Shown piece by piece: positions 1 to 9,230 of a stretch of 64,000 nucleotides of DNA. Origin of the DNA: an uncultured Verrucomicrobiae bacterium. Its GTDB lineage: Bacteria; Verrucomicrobiota; Verrucomicrobiia; Chthoniobacterales; JAFAMB01. The DNA is taken from positions 288,001-352,000 of the forward strand of contig CAWEXO010000014.1 of NCBI GenBank assembly GCA_963813025.1. Direction: 5' to 3'. The stretch's first letter is position 1, and each line of letters starts with the position of its first letter. Below the pieces are notes generated by a model that worked only from the letters and a program-made list of their open reading frames with translations, had not been told where the DNA came from and made no database searches. The position numbers and the translations under genes are program-made.

Positions 1-31
1 CCTGGAGCGGCGACAAGTCGCGCGCACTCCA
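1..31 (-). repeat. GGAG-headed REP-like hairpin (family D)
   Basis: GCGGCGACAAGTCGCGCGCACTCCA is the reverse complement of the TGGAGTGCG..CGACTTGTCG..GCTTT unit also seen at 7122, 7292 and 16215. Confidence 0.7.
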
Positions 32-128
32 CGACGCGCCGAACGCTCGCTCGCGGCAGGCTTTTCCAGGTCGTTCGCATTTTTTGGAGCCTTGAACGCA
101 GCGAAGAGAGCGTTGAACATGCGGCGCA

Positions 129-2876
129 ATGAGAGAGGGTCTTTTCCGAAAATCGGTACTCGTCGGGTTAGCGGTGCTCCTTATCAGACCTGAACACGCG
201 GCGCTCAGCCGGGACCTCAGTGTGCCGTTTACTCCCTATGGGCAAAGATTGACGCCCACTGCAGCGCCTGGCGCGCAGCTGCAATATCTGAATGCCGGGT
301 TGCCGGATTTGCCGGAGCTCGCCGCCGGGGGAGCGATGAACTGCCTCGCGAGTCCGGACCAAAAAACTTTGCTGGTGTTGACGAGCGGTTATAACCAATT
401 CCGAGACAAGGCAGGAAAAAGCCAGGCCGAAAATTCTGAGCAATACCTATTCATTTTTCAGATCGATCACCACACGCCGGAGAGAAAACAGGTTCTTCGG
501 GTGCCGAATACTTTCGCAGGCGCGGCTTTTAGTCCGGACGGAAAAAGCCTTTATGTCGGCGGCGGCTGCGACGATAACGTCCACATTTTCCACCGGCAAT
601 CTGATGAGTCATGGGCCGAAGCGGGACTCCCGATAAGCCTGGGCCACCGGAAGGCTGAGGAGAAGTCCGGCAGTGTCGAACCGGTGACTGGAGGCTTAGC
701 GGTTACGAATGATGGTGCCAAGCTGGTAGTAGCCAACGTCTATAATGATTCGGTTTCGGTGATCGATCTGACCAGCAGACAGGTAAGCGAGATTGATTTG
801 CGTCCCGGCGGACAAAGCCCGGCTCAGTCCGGCGTGCCGGGCGGAGAGTATCCTTATTGGATCGGCCTTAAGGGAACGGCCACGGCTTATGTTTCGAGCC
901 TGCGAGATCGCGAGATCGTGAAGGTAAACCTGGCGGGGACTCCGCAAATTGAAACGCGGATCAAGGTACCGGGTAACCCGAATCAGATAGTGCTGGAGCC
1001 GAAGCAGAAACTTCTCTATGTGACTGCCGACAACAGCGACCGGCTGCTCGTGATAGACACAGAAACGGATCGCGTCGTGCAGGTAATCCCGACGATCCCG
1101 ACGCGCCTAGCCACCAATCTGCGGCGTTACAAAGGGATGTCGCCCAATGCACTGGCGCTTGCTCCGGGAGGAAACCGGGCCTACGTCACGGACGCGGGAA
1201 GCAACGCCGTTGCCGTAATCGCCGGTCTGCCGAAAGCAGGAAAATGCATCGGGCTGATTCCAACGGCACTGTGTCCGTACGGGATCGCGACCAGTCCTGA
1301 TGGCCGGTGGATGTATGTCGTCAGTGGTCGGAGTGTTTCCGGACCCAATCCTGGTTTTTTTAAGGACAAGGACGAAAACCAGTATGTCGAGCAGCTACAG
1401 CGCTCGTCGCTCCTGTCCCTCCCCGTGCCGACGCCGGAGCTTTTGGAGAGTCTCACCAGGCGGGTAGCTGAAAATAACGGTTTCGGCAGGACAACCGGAA
1501 AAGAAGATCAGCGGCTCTTCGCTGAACTGCACCGGCGCATCAAGCACGTGATTTATATTATTAAAGAGAATCGGACTTACGACCAGATTCTCGGCGATTT
1601 AGGCAAGGGGAATGGTGACCCCGGCATCACGGAGTTTGGCCGGGCGATCACGCCTAACTTTCATCAGCTGGCAAGCCAATACGTTGATCTGGATAATTTC
1701 TTTGATTGTGGCGATGTGAGCGCTGACGGATGGCCCTGGAGCACGGCCGCCCGAGAAAGTGAATTTGGCCGGCGAGCGGTTCCGTTGGACTATTCGGAGC
1801 GGGGTACGACCTACGATTACGAAGGTACCAACCGCGGGATCAACGTTGGGCTTGCGACCGTGCAGCAGCGAAAAGCGGCCAACCCCGATTCTCCGGATGA
1901 CCCGAATCTTCTGCCGGGCACAGCTGATGTAGCGGCCCTGGATGGTCCGGAGGGAACCCCGCCCGAACAGGGTTATCTCTGGAACGCGGCTCTCAGAGCA
2001 GGGCTGACCGTTCGCAACTATGGTTTTTTTTGTGACCTGTCCCGCTACAGCGCTGAATCAAGCAGACGCATTCCCCGAGAACACAACCCGGCGGAAAATC
2101 AGTTGGTGGTGGCCTTTCCGGCCAAGTCTGAGCTGGCCGCTAACTGCGACCGGTACTACCGAGGCTTTGACACGGGTTTTCCCGATTACTGGAGAGAGAT
2201 TGAATGGGAACGCGAGTTTTCGCAGTTCGTCAAGGACAGGAAGCTGCCGTCGCTGGAGCTGGTTCGCCTGGGTAACGACCACACCGGCAGTTTCCGGGAT
2301 GCGATCGATGGAGTGAACACCCCGGAACTGCAACAGAGCGACAATGACTATGCCGTGGGACGTCTCGTGGAAAAAGTCGCGCACAGTCCGTTTCGGGGAG
2401 ACACGCTCATCTTTGTTATCGAAGATGACGCGCAGGCCGGGGCGGATCATGTCGATTCACACCGCTCAACTACTTATATTGTCGGACCATATGTGAAACA
2501 AGGCGCGGTTGTTTCCCGGTTCTATAACACGGTCACTCTGCTCCGAACTATCGAGGATATACTCGGTCTGGATCATCTGGACCTCTTCACGGCAACCCAA
2601 TCGCCGATGGCTGACGTGTTCGATTTGGCGCACAAGGATTGGAGCTTCGAGGTCAAGCCTGCGGAAATCCTCTATAACACGCAGCTACCTCTTCCGCCCC
2701 GCAAGGAGACGTCAAATGTTCCACGTCCGACGCATGACGCCGCATATTGGGCCGACAAAACGGCAGGCTTCGATTTCAGCCGGGAAGATCATTTGTATGA
2801 TCCCGAGAAGTATAACCGGATTATCTGGGAGGGGCTGAAGGGAGATGTGCCCTATCCGGCAGGGGAGAGCGAGTAG
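129..2876 (+). CDS. secreted YVTN/YncE beta-propeller + phosphoesterase (alkaline-phosphatase-like) protein
   Basis: Signal peptide; beta-propeller repeats (VANVYNDSVSVID, YVTADNSDRLLVID); IKHVIYIIKENRTYDQILGD and EDDAQAGADHVDSHRS phosphoesterase motifs. Confidence 0.85.
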   Translation: MREGLFRKSVLVGLAVLLIRPEHAALSRDLSVPFTPYGQRLTPTAAPGAQLQYLNAGLPDLPELAAGGAMNCLASPDQKTLLVLTSGYNQFRDKAGKSQAENSEQYLFIFQIDHHTPERKQVLRVPNTFAGAAFSPDGKSLYVGGGCDDNVHIFHRQSDESWAEAGLPISLGHRKAEEKSGSVEPVTGGLAVTNDGAKLVVANVYNDSVSVIDLTSRQVSEIDLRPGGQSPAQSGVPGGEYPYWIGLKGTATAYVSSLRDREIVKVNLAGTPQIETRIKVPGNPNQIVLEPKQKLLYVTADNSDRLLVIDTETDRVVQVIPTIPTRLATNLRRYKGMSPNALALAPGGNRAYVTDAGSNAVAVIAGLPKAGKCIGLIPTALCPYGIATSPDGRWMYVVSGRSVSGPNPGFFKDKDENQYVEQLQRSSLLSLPVPTPELLESLTRRVAENNGFGRTTGKEDQRLFAELHRRIKHVIYIIKENRTYDQILGDLGKGNGDPGITEFGRAITPNFHQLASQYVDLDNFFDCGDVSADGWPWSTAARESEFGRRAVPLDYSERGTTYDYEGTNRGINVGLATVQQRKAANPDSPDDPNLLPGTADVAALDGPEGTPPEQGYLWNAALRAGLTVRNYGFFCDLSRYSAESSRRIPREHNPAENQLVVAFPAKSELAANCDRYYRGFDTGFPDYWREIEWEREFSQFVKDRKLPSLELVRLGNDHTGSFRDAIDGVNTPELQQSDNDYAVGRLVEKVAHSPFRGDTLIFVIEDDAQAGADHVDSHRSTTYIVGPYVKQGAVVSRFYNTVTLLRTIEDILGLDHLDLFTATQSPMADVFDLAHKDWSFEVKPAEILYNTQLPLPPRKETSNVPRPTHDAAYWADKTAGFDFSREDHLYDPEKYNRIIWEGLKGDVPYPAGESE

Positions 2877-2893
2877 CGAGTAGCGGGTGCCGA

Positions 2894-3055
2894 GTAGCGC
2901 GGACGGCCTCGTCCGTACATTCGTCCAACGCCCTATGCATGCGCGACGTCGGTGAACTCCAATAACCTGGCTTGGTTTGGACGTCGGACAAACGGGCTGC
3001 CTCGCGACCTGCCAAGGCCCGGTCGCCAGAGTACGGACGAGGCCGTCCGCGCTAC
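2894..3055. repeat. inverted pair of GTAG REPs (family A), REPIN-like, flanked by heptamer repeats
   Basis: GTAGCGCGGACGGCCTCGTCCGTAC at 2894-2918 and its exact reverse complement at 3031-3055, between convergent genes; flanked by GAGTAGC/CGGGACT heptamers. Confidence 0.9.
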
Positions 3056-3086
3056 TCGGGACCCGCTACTCGGGACTCGGGACTCG

Positions 3087-4814
3087 CTAGTACCCGATCG
3101 CCTCCCCATCTTTCCGGCTCTCGGACGCGCCGCAATAGATCCCAGTCTGAGGATCGCGCATGATCGCCTGGTATCCGCCGAATCCTCCAAGATCGTACCC
3201 GATCTTGTGACCGCGATCCATGAGTTCGCGGACAGTCTCGTAGGGAACTCCGGATTCCAAATAGACCGTGCCACCGTCGGTCATTCTTTGATCGGTCGGC
3301 TCGGACGAGCCTGCATGTTGCCAGCGGGCGGCGTCTCCGGCCTCCTGCAAATTCATCCGGAAATCGATCAGATTGGTGAGCACCTGAACATGACCCTGCG
3401 GCTGCATGTCACCTCCCATCACGCCGAAGGCGAGCCACGGTTTACCATTTCTCAATACGAATCCCGGGATGATGGTATGGAAGGGACGTTTGCCCGGAGC
3501 GTACACGTTGGGATGGCCTGGCTGCATAGAGAAAAGCTCACCACGATCCTGAAAGCCGAACCCAAGCCCGGGCACTACGATCCCGGAACCCATTCCGAGG
3601 TAGTTGCTCTGGATGATTGATATCATCGAGCCCTCCGGATCTGCCACGCAAAAGCAAGTGGTGTCGCCATGCGCCAGGGAACCCGTTCCCGCATCGTAGC
3701 GCTTTGCGGCGTGCCGAACGTCAATGAGATTGCGGCGCTCCGCCGCATACTGTTTGGACAAGAGCTTGTCCAAGGGCGCCGCAACAAAAGCGGGATCTCC
3801 GTAGGCGCGAGCCCGGTCTTCGAAAGCCAATTTTTTAGTTTCAATCATGACATGCAATTCATCCGGACTATTGAACCCCATTTCGCGCAGATTGAACCCT
3901 TCCAGAATATTGAGCATCTCGAGGGCAGTAACGCCTTGGGTGTTAGGAGGTAATTCAAAGACGTCATAACCACGGTAATTCGTTGAGATGGGGTCTACCC
4001 ATTCGGAGTGATGAGCGGCGAGATCCTCTTTGCGCAGATAACCCTGATGAGTTCGGAAAAATGAGTCGATCTGCTCGGCAATTGCGCCACTGTAGAAAAC
4101 ATCTCGGCCTTGCTCGGCAAGCAGCCGATAAGTGTGCGCGAGGTCTGGGTTTTTGAAGAGTTCGCCTTTTTGCGGTGCCTTGCCGTCATGGGTAAATGTG
4201 GAGAGGATGGCTCCGGGTTGATTCGCGAGAACCGCGACTTCTCGGCCCCAGTCGTAGGCGATCACTTCCGAGACCGGGAAACCGTTTTCGGCATAATCGA
4301 TCGCCGGAGCCAACAGTTCTGACATCGGCAGTTTACCGAAGCGATCATGTAACTGAAACCAAGCGTCCACGGTACCCGGCACGCTGATCGGGAGCATCCC
4401 GAACTTGGGGATCGTCTTCGTTCCAAGACGTTCCAACTCACTCTTTAGCTGCTCATAGCTGAGGCCGCCCGGCGAGCGACCGCTCCCGTTAATTCCGTAC
4501 AAATGCTGGGTCTTTGCATCCCAGACGATGGCAAAGAGATCGCCGCCAACCCCGCAGCTGATGGGTTCCATCAAGCCCAGCGCGGCGTTCGCGGCGATCG
4601 CGGCGTCTACCGCCGTGCCACCTTTCTTCAGAACATCGATCGCGATCTGTGAGGCGAGCGGCTGGGCGGTACAAGCTATCCCGTGAGTGGCAAACACTTC
4701 TGAGCGTGTCGCGAAGGATTTTCCTGTTAGGCGATCCATTTGGCTGAAACCAGTGGAGACGAGGAAAGCGAGGAAAGCAATGGAGCAAACGTGGGCTGAG
4801 CGCATGCGTTGCAT
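3087..4814 (-). CDS. ggt: gamma-glutamyltransferase (Ntn-hydrolase)
   Basis: GGTAVDAAIA, GDLFAIVWD, autocleavage HGDT, PGKRPFHTIIP, GVMGGDMQPQG, ASESRKDG; start may be 4805. Confidence 0.93.
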   Translation of the reverse strand: MQRMRSAHVCSIAFLAFLVSTGFSQMDRLTGKSFATRSEVFATHGIACTAQPLASQIAIDVLKKGGTAVDAAIAANAALGLMEPISCGVGGDLFAIVWDAKTQHLYGINGSGRSPGGLSYEQLKSELERLGTKTIPKFGMLPISVPGTVDAWFQLHDRFGKLPMSELLAPAIDYAENGFPVSEVIAYDWGREVAVLANQPGAILSTFTHDGKAPQKGELFKNPDLAHTYRLLAEQGRDVFYSGAIAEQIDSFFRTHQGYLRKEDLAAHHSEWVDPISTNYRGYDVFELPPNTQGVTALEMLNILEGFNLREMGFNSPDELHVMIETKKLAFEDRARAYGDPAFVAAPLDKLLSKQYAAERRNLIDVRHAAKRYDAGTGSLAHGDTTCFCVADPEGSMISIIQSNYLGMGSGIVVPGLGFGFQDRGELFSMQPGHPNVYAPGKRPFHTIIPGFVLRNGKPWLAFGVMGGDMQPQGHVQVLTNLIDFRMNLQEAGDAARWQHAGSSEPTDQRMTDGGTVYLESGVPYETVRELMDRGHKIGYDLGGFGGYQAIMRDPQTGIYCGASESRKDGEAIGY

Positions 4815-4815
4815 A

Positions 4816-4893
4816 GGAGTTCAGGGAAGTTCAGGGAAGTTCAAGGGAGTTCGAGGAGTTGCAGGAGTCCGGAAGTTGCGGGAGTTGCAGGAG
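4816..4893. repeat. degenerate 9-10-mer tandem repeat (GGAGTTCR)
   Basis: ggagttcagggaagttcagggaagttcaagggagttcgaggagttgcagg; same unit as the 34436 and 35773 arrays. Confidence 0.8.
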
Positions 4894-4936
4894 AGGGCGC
4901 GCCACCGGAGCTGACTCGGGCCTCGGGACTCGCCAC

Positions 4937-7015
4937 TCATTGCACCAGCACGACCACGGAGCGGCTGTCTACTTCGTAGGTGGGACCCGCTGCCGGTAAA
5001 TCATCGCTCGGGCCCAGAATCTCTCGAGGGGATGGTTGAGCGGTGTCAATGACGCGAAACCAAGGACGCGAAAGCCCGTCGCAGATCGTGAAAACGCGCG
5101 GTTCGGCGCTGGCATTCGCCATGACATAGAGATCGTTGTCGTTGAGTCGCTCGCCCTTGAGATAATAAGCGAACACTTGTGAGCGATAGGAAAAATCGAC
5201 GGCCGAACTCGTGCCGCGCCATTTGATATCGTCCCGCCAGAAGCCGCTTCGAGAGAGGCTGGGATGCGCTTTTCGAAAGCTAATCATGAGTTTAACAAAT
5301 CGGAAAAAGGACTGGTTCTGTTGCAATCGGTCCCAGTTCAACCAAGTGGTTTCGTTATCCTGATTATACGGATTATTGTTACCGGACTGGGTGTGGAGAA
5401 ACTCGTCACCGGCGGAAAACATCGGTATGCCGTTGGCGAGGAGCAGCAGGCAAAATAAATTCCTTGCTTGCCTCTCCCGCAGCATTCGAACTTCTGCGGG
5501 GGCTCCGTCGTCGCCTTCCCAACCGCAATTCCAGCTGAAGTTCTCGACGGTCCCGTCCGCGTTGTTGTGACCGTTCGCAAGATTGTGGCGGTCATTAAAG
5601 GAGACCAGGTCATACAGCGTGAAACCGTCGTGCGAGATGACATAGTTAATGCTGTAGAAAGGGCGCCGCGCTTCTTCCAGACGGTCCGGAAACAGATCGT
5701 CACTCCCATAGAGTCGCCGCATGACTGCGCCGACCATCCCGGCATCGCCACGAACAAATCGTCGAACGTCATCCCGAAATTGGCCATTCCACTGATGCCA
5801 GAACATACCTGGGAACGCGGTTCCGAGCTGGTAGGCCCCGCCGGCGTCCCATGGTTCGGCGATCAGCCGGACCTGGCTGAGGACAGGGTCTGTCCGGATG
5901 GCAGAAAGGAGAGGCGGATCTATCAGGTCGATTGAACCGTCGGAGGAGCGGGTCAGAATGGAAGCCAGATCAAACCGAAAACCGTCTACCCGCATTTCCT
6001 GCACCCAATACCGAAGACTCTCGAGGACAAGACTGCGGATGCCAGGATCGCTGATATTCAGCGTGTTACCGGTTCCGGAGAAATCAGCGTAGGGCCGAGC
6101 CTGATCGGTGGACATCAGGTAAAAACTCGCGTTGTCGATCCCTTTAAAAGAATAGGTCGGACCCGTGTGGTCAGCCTCGGCGGTGTGATTGTAGACAACG
6201 TCCAGGATGATTTCGATTCCCGCGGCGTGCAAAGCGTCCACCATCTGCTTGAATTCTTTGACTGGATCGCCGCGTGCTGAAGAATATTCGAGGTGGGGTG
6301 CGAAGAAGTTGAGCGTCATGTAGCCCCAGTAATTTCCCTCCTGAGGGTCAAATTGCTGGACCGGCATCAGTTCAACAATCGTGACCCCGAGATCCCGCAG
6401 ATAAGGGATTTTTTCGATAATTCCAAGAAAAGTGCCGCGGCAGTCAGGGTTTACTCTGCTGGTGGGGCTGACGGTAAACCCTTTGACATGGAGTTCATAG
6501 ATAATCGCGTCCGAAAAATGGCGGGGAGCATGGCTGTTTGACCAGGCAAAATCCGGAATTTGCGAGCTGAAAACACCCAGGGGAGCGCGTCCGGCGTTAC
6601 TCCCGCTTTTCTGCGCTGATGCTCGATTGAAATCAGGTGGAAAAAAAACTTCTTTCGCAAACGGATCCAAAAGGATTTTCGATCGATCGAATGCGTGCCA
6701 CTGATTCGGACCGCGCGGGGCGGGACCGTCTACCCTATATGCGTAATAGCAGCAGCCCGCCAGCTCCGCAGCTTTCAAGCGGCAATGCCAGACTCTCTTC
6801 GTTTTGTTGCTGAGCGGTTTTAGCTCGATCTCGACTCGCGGTTTTGTCACATCAGCCTTGCCATAGAGCAGGAGTGTGACAGCGCGAGCGTTCTGGGAGT
6901 ACAAGGCAAAGTTGTAGGCCTGTTCCTCCGGAATGTAACAGACGCCGAGCGGCCCCGGCGAGCCTTCAAATGTGGGCCAGGAAACTGGTTTGGGTGGCCA
7001 GACCGAGTCGCTCAT
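4937..7015 (-). CDS. glgX: glycogen debranching enzyme / isoamylase (GH13, CBM48)
   Basis: NYWGYMTLNFF, DVVYNH, VDGFRFDLAS, LIAEPWD, SHDGFTL, GNNNPYNQDN motifs. Confidence 0.92.
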   Translation of the reverse strand: MSDSVWPPKPVSWPTFEGSPGPLGVCYIPEEQAYNFALYSQNARAVTLLLYGKADVTKPRVEIELKPLSNKTKRVWHCRLKAAELAGCCYYAYRVDGPAPRGPNQWHAFDRSKILLDPFAKEVFFPPDFNRASAQKSGSNAGRAPLGVFSSQIPDFAWSNSHAPRHFSDAIIYELHVKGFTVSPTSRVNPDCRGTFLGIIEKIPYLRDLGVTIVELMPVQQFDPQEGNYWGYMTLNFFAPHLEYSSARGDPVKEFKQMVDALHAAGIEIILDVVYNHTAEADHTGPTYSFKGIDNASFYLMSTDQARPYADFSGTGNTLNISDPGIRSLVLESLRYWVQEMRVDGFRFDLASILTRSSDGSIDLIDPPLLSAIRTDPVLSQVRLIAEPWDAGGAYQLGTAFPGMFWHQWNGQFRDDVRRFVRGDAGMVGAVMRRLYGSDDLFPDRLEEARRPFYSINYVISHDGFTLYDLVSFNDRHNLANGHNNADGTVENFSWNCGWEGDDGAPAEVRMLRERQARNLFCLLLLANGIPMFSAGDEFLHTQSGNNNPYNQDNETTWLNWDRLQQNQSFFRFVKLMISFRKAHPSLSRSGFWRDDIKWRGTSSAVDFSYRSQVFAYYLKGERLNDNDLYVMANASAEPRVFTICDGLSRPWFRVIDTAQPSPREILGPSDDLPAAGPTYEVDSRSVVVLVQ

Positions 7016-7121
7016 CGAGATGGAGATTTAACGTTCGAAAGAGAAGGTTCAAGTTTGGAATGTTGCGGGAGCGGCTGGTAACACCTTTGACCTGAACGAA
7101 TGGCAGTTCGAGCGGGACATC

Positions 7122-7320
7122 GTGGAGTGCGTGCGACTTGTCGTCGCTTTGGAACCGCGCGAAGCGCGGCTACCAAAGAAAAGTGTGCCTTTCGCCAGGA
7201 AATTTCTCTACTTTGTGGTTCGGTCCTCGGCGTGGCCGCGCGCCCTCCTTCGCTGTCGCGGACTCGACGTCCAGCGGGCGAGCCGCGCGTTCCAAAGCGT
7301 GCGACAAGTCGCACGCACTC
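7122..7320. repeat. inverted pair of GGAG-headed REPs (family D); right copy interrupted by the intron
   Basis: TGGAGTGCGTGCGACTTGTCGTCGCTTTGG (7122-7152) and CCAAAGCGTGCGACAAGTCGCACGCACTC (7292-7320), completed by CAAA at 9227 after the intron. Confidence 0.85.
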
Positions 7321-9226
7321 GTGCGCCTGGGAGGGCGCACCAACAGTGGGGTGGAAGTCCCCATCGGACAGAAGCACTGGCTGTCCGTAGTCGAAGGTAA
7401 CTGCGTCGTCGAGAGGCGGGGTGGAGAGCAACCGGAGGCGAATGACCAGTCCATAACTAAAACAATGGTGAACTCGATTCGGCCTAATGCATTGGCGAGC
7501 CTGCGAGTGAAAGGCGAAGCCCAGAACGGAAAGCTGCCCGGAAAGGGAAAACGGCAACACAGCGACCGGCTCTAGGACGAGACAGTGAGCGTGGAGAACG
7601 GAGTGCATGGGGTGGGTGGAGATAGAATGGTCAGAAGTTGGAGCGACAGTAACCAGGGATCACGATCCGGGAAAGGAGCGGCGTTCATGACCAGCAGAGA
7701 GTCCGAAGAACCGTGCCCGGAAGGTGACAGAGCCTTCGTAGTAGCGAAGAAGCGGGGTAACGCCCGTGGAGCCAAGGGAGGCAGGAAGGTGGAAGCGTGA
7801 AAGTCAGGACAGAGGAACACAAACCCTCGGTAGTGCCGGCAACGGCTCCACAAGGGGGAGAGATCCGTGCCCGGTGGGCCTGGGTCGAACCAGTGGTCTG
7901 GACAGAACGCATGTTGGCAACCCTGGAAACGGGGATTGAAGGAGGAAAGTGGTTTCGGTTGATTGATAAAGTCTGGAGTCCAAAGAATCTGACTCGAGCG
8001 CTGGAAAAGGTCGTGGCCAAAGGCGGCAGCCCTGGGATCGACTCCCAGAGCGTGCACCAAGTCCAAGTCCACCAAAACCAGACGATCAGGAAGTTAGAGC
8101 AGGAACTCACGAGCCAATCAATATCAGCCGCAAAGCAGTCAAACGGGTCTGGATTCCAAAGCCTGGGAGTCAAGAGAAGCGGCCGCTAGGAGTACCGGTG
8201 GTCCGGGATCGGATCGTCCAAGGAGCCCTGCTCCAAGTGATTGAGCCGATCTTTGAACGCGATTTTGCTCCGCAAAGCTATGGGTTCCGTCCGGGCAAAG
8301 GATGCAAGGACGCATTGCGCCGAGTCGAGGAGCTGCTCAGAAGCGGCTATCACTGGGTGGTCGATGCGGATTTGAAATCCTACTTTGACCCATTCCGCAA
8401 AAGGCTTTGCTGCAGTGCATCGAGGAAAAGATCGCGGACGGGAGGGTGTTGGGACTCGTGGAACAGATGCTCCAGGCAGGAGTCATGGACAGTGCTAAAG
8501 GATGGCAACCGACCGAGCAAGGCACACCGCAAGGGGCGGTCATCAGTCCATTGTTATCGAATATCTATCTGAATGGATTGGACTGGCAAATGGCACAAAA
8601 GAGCTTTGAAATGGTGCGCTACGCCGATGACTTCATCGTGCTGTGTCGCGAGCCAACAACAAGCCCAAAGAGCCCTCGAAGAAGTCCGTCATTGGGTGGA
8701 AGCAAACGGCCTAATCCTGCACCCGCACAAAAGCGCGACTGATCGATGCCAGTCAACCCGGAGGCTTCGACTTCCTGGGTTACCATTTTGAGCGGGACAT
8801 GAAATGGCCGCGAAAGAAAAGCATGGATAAACTGAAGGACACGATCCGGGAAAAGACCCGTCGCAGCGAGGGCCGTAGTCTGCAGGCCATCTGCGCGGAT
8901 CTCAATCGAAGCCTGCGCGGCTGGTTCGAGTACTTCAAGCACAGTAAAAGCCCTGTCTTCGGAGCCGTCGACGAATACACCCGGGGCCGACTGCGCAGTA
9001 TCCTGCGTCAACGGATGGGCAAAGAAGGACACGGTCGCGGAAGCGATCATCAACTCTGGCCCAACACCTACTTCTCCACAGTGGGCTTGTTTTCCTTTCG
9101 ACAAGCACATCGTGTGGCTTGCCGATCTTCTTAGAAGTTAACCACCAACTGGAGAGCCGGATGCGGGAGATCCGCCAGTCCGGTTCGGAGGGAGGGGCGC
9201 TGCTAATCCGGCGTCCCTACCCCTAT
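7321..9226 (+). mobile_element. group II intron (1,906 nt), RT/maturase without endonuclease domain
   Basis: 5' GTGCG at 7321; domain V GAGCCGGATGCGGGAGATCCGCCAGTCCGGTTC at 9154-9186 (AGC triad); domain VI ending CCCTACCCCTAT at 9226; RT ORF inside. Confidence 0.93.
7797..9134 (+). pseudogene. ltrA: group II intron reverse transcriptase/maturase, split by several frameshifts (possibly read errors)
   Basis: Consecutive frames give RPLGVPVVRDRIVQ, SYGFRPGK, VVDADLKSYFD, GTPQGAVISPLLSNIYL, YADD and maturase LRGWFEYF...WPN. Confidence 0.88.
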
Positions 9227-9230
9227 CAAA

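Noticed and set aside
7012..7608. 198-aa ORF and other ORFs overlapping the intron 5' region
   Set aside because: They are antisense or off-frame readings of intron RNA and REP sequence with no protein motifs.
7797..9134. RT as a DGR, retron or defence RT
   Set aside because: It lies within canonical group II intron ends with domains V/VI and a maturase domain; no template/variable repeat pair was seen.
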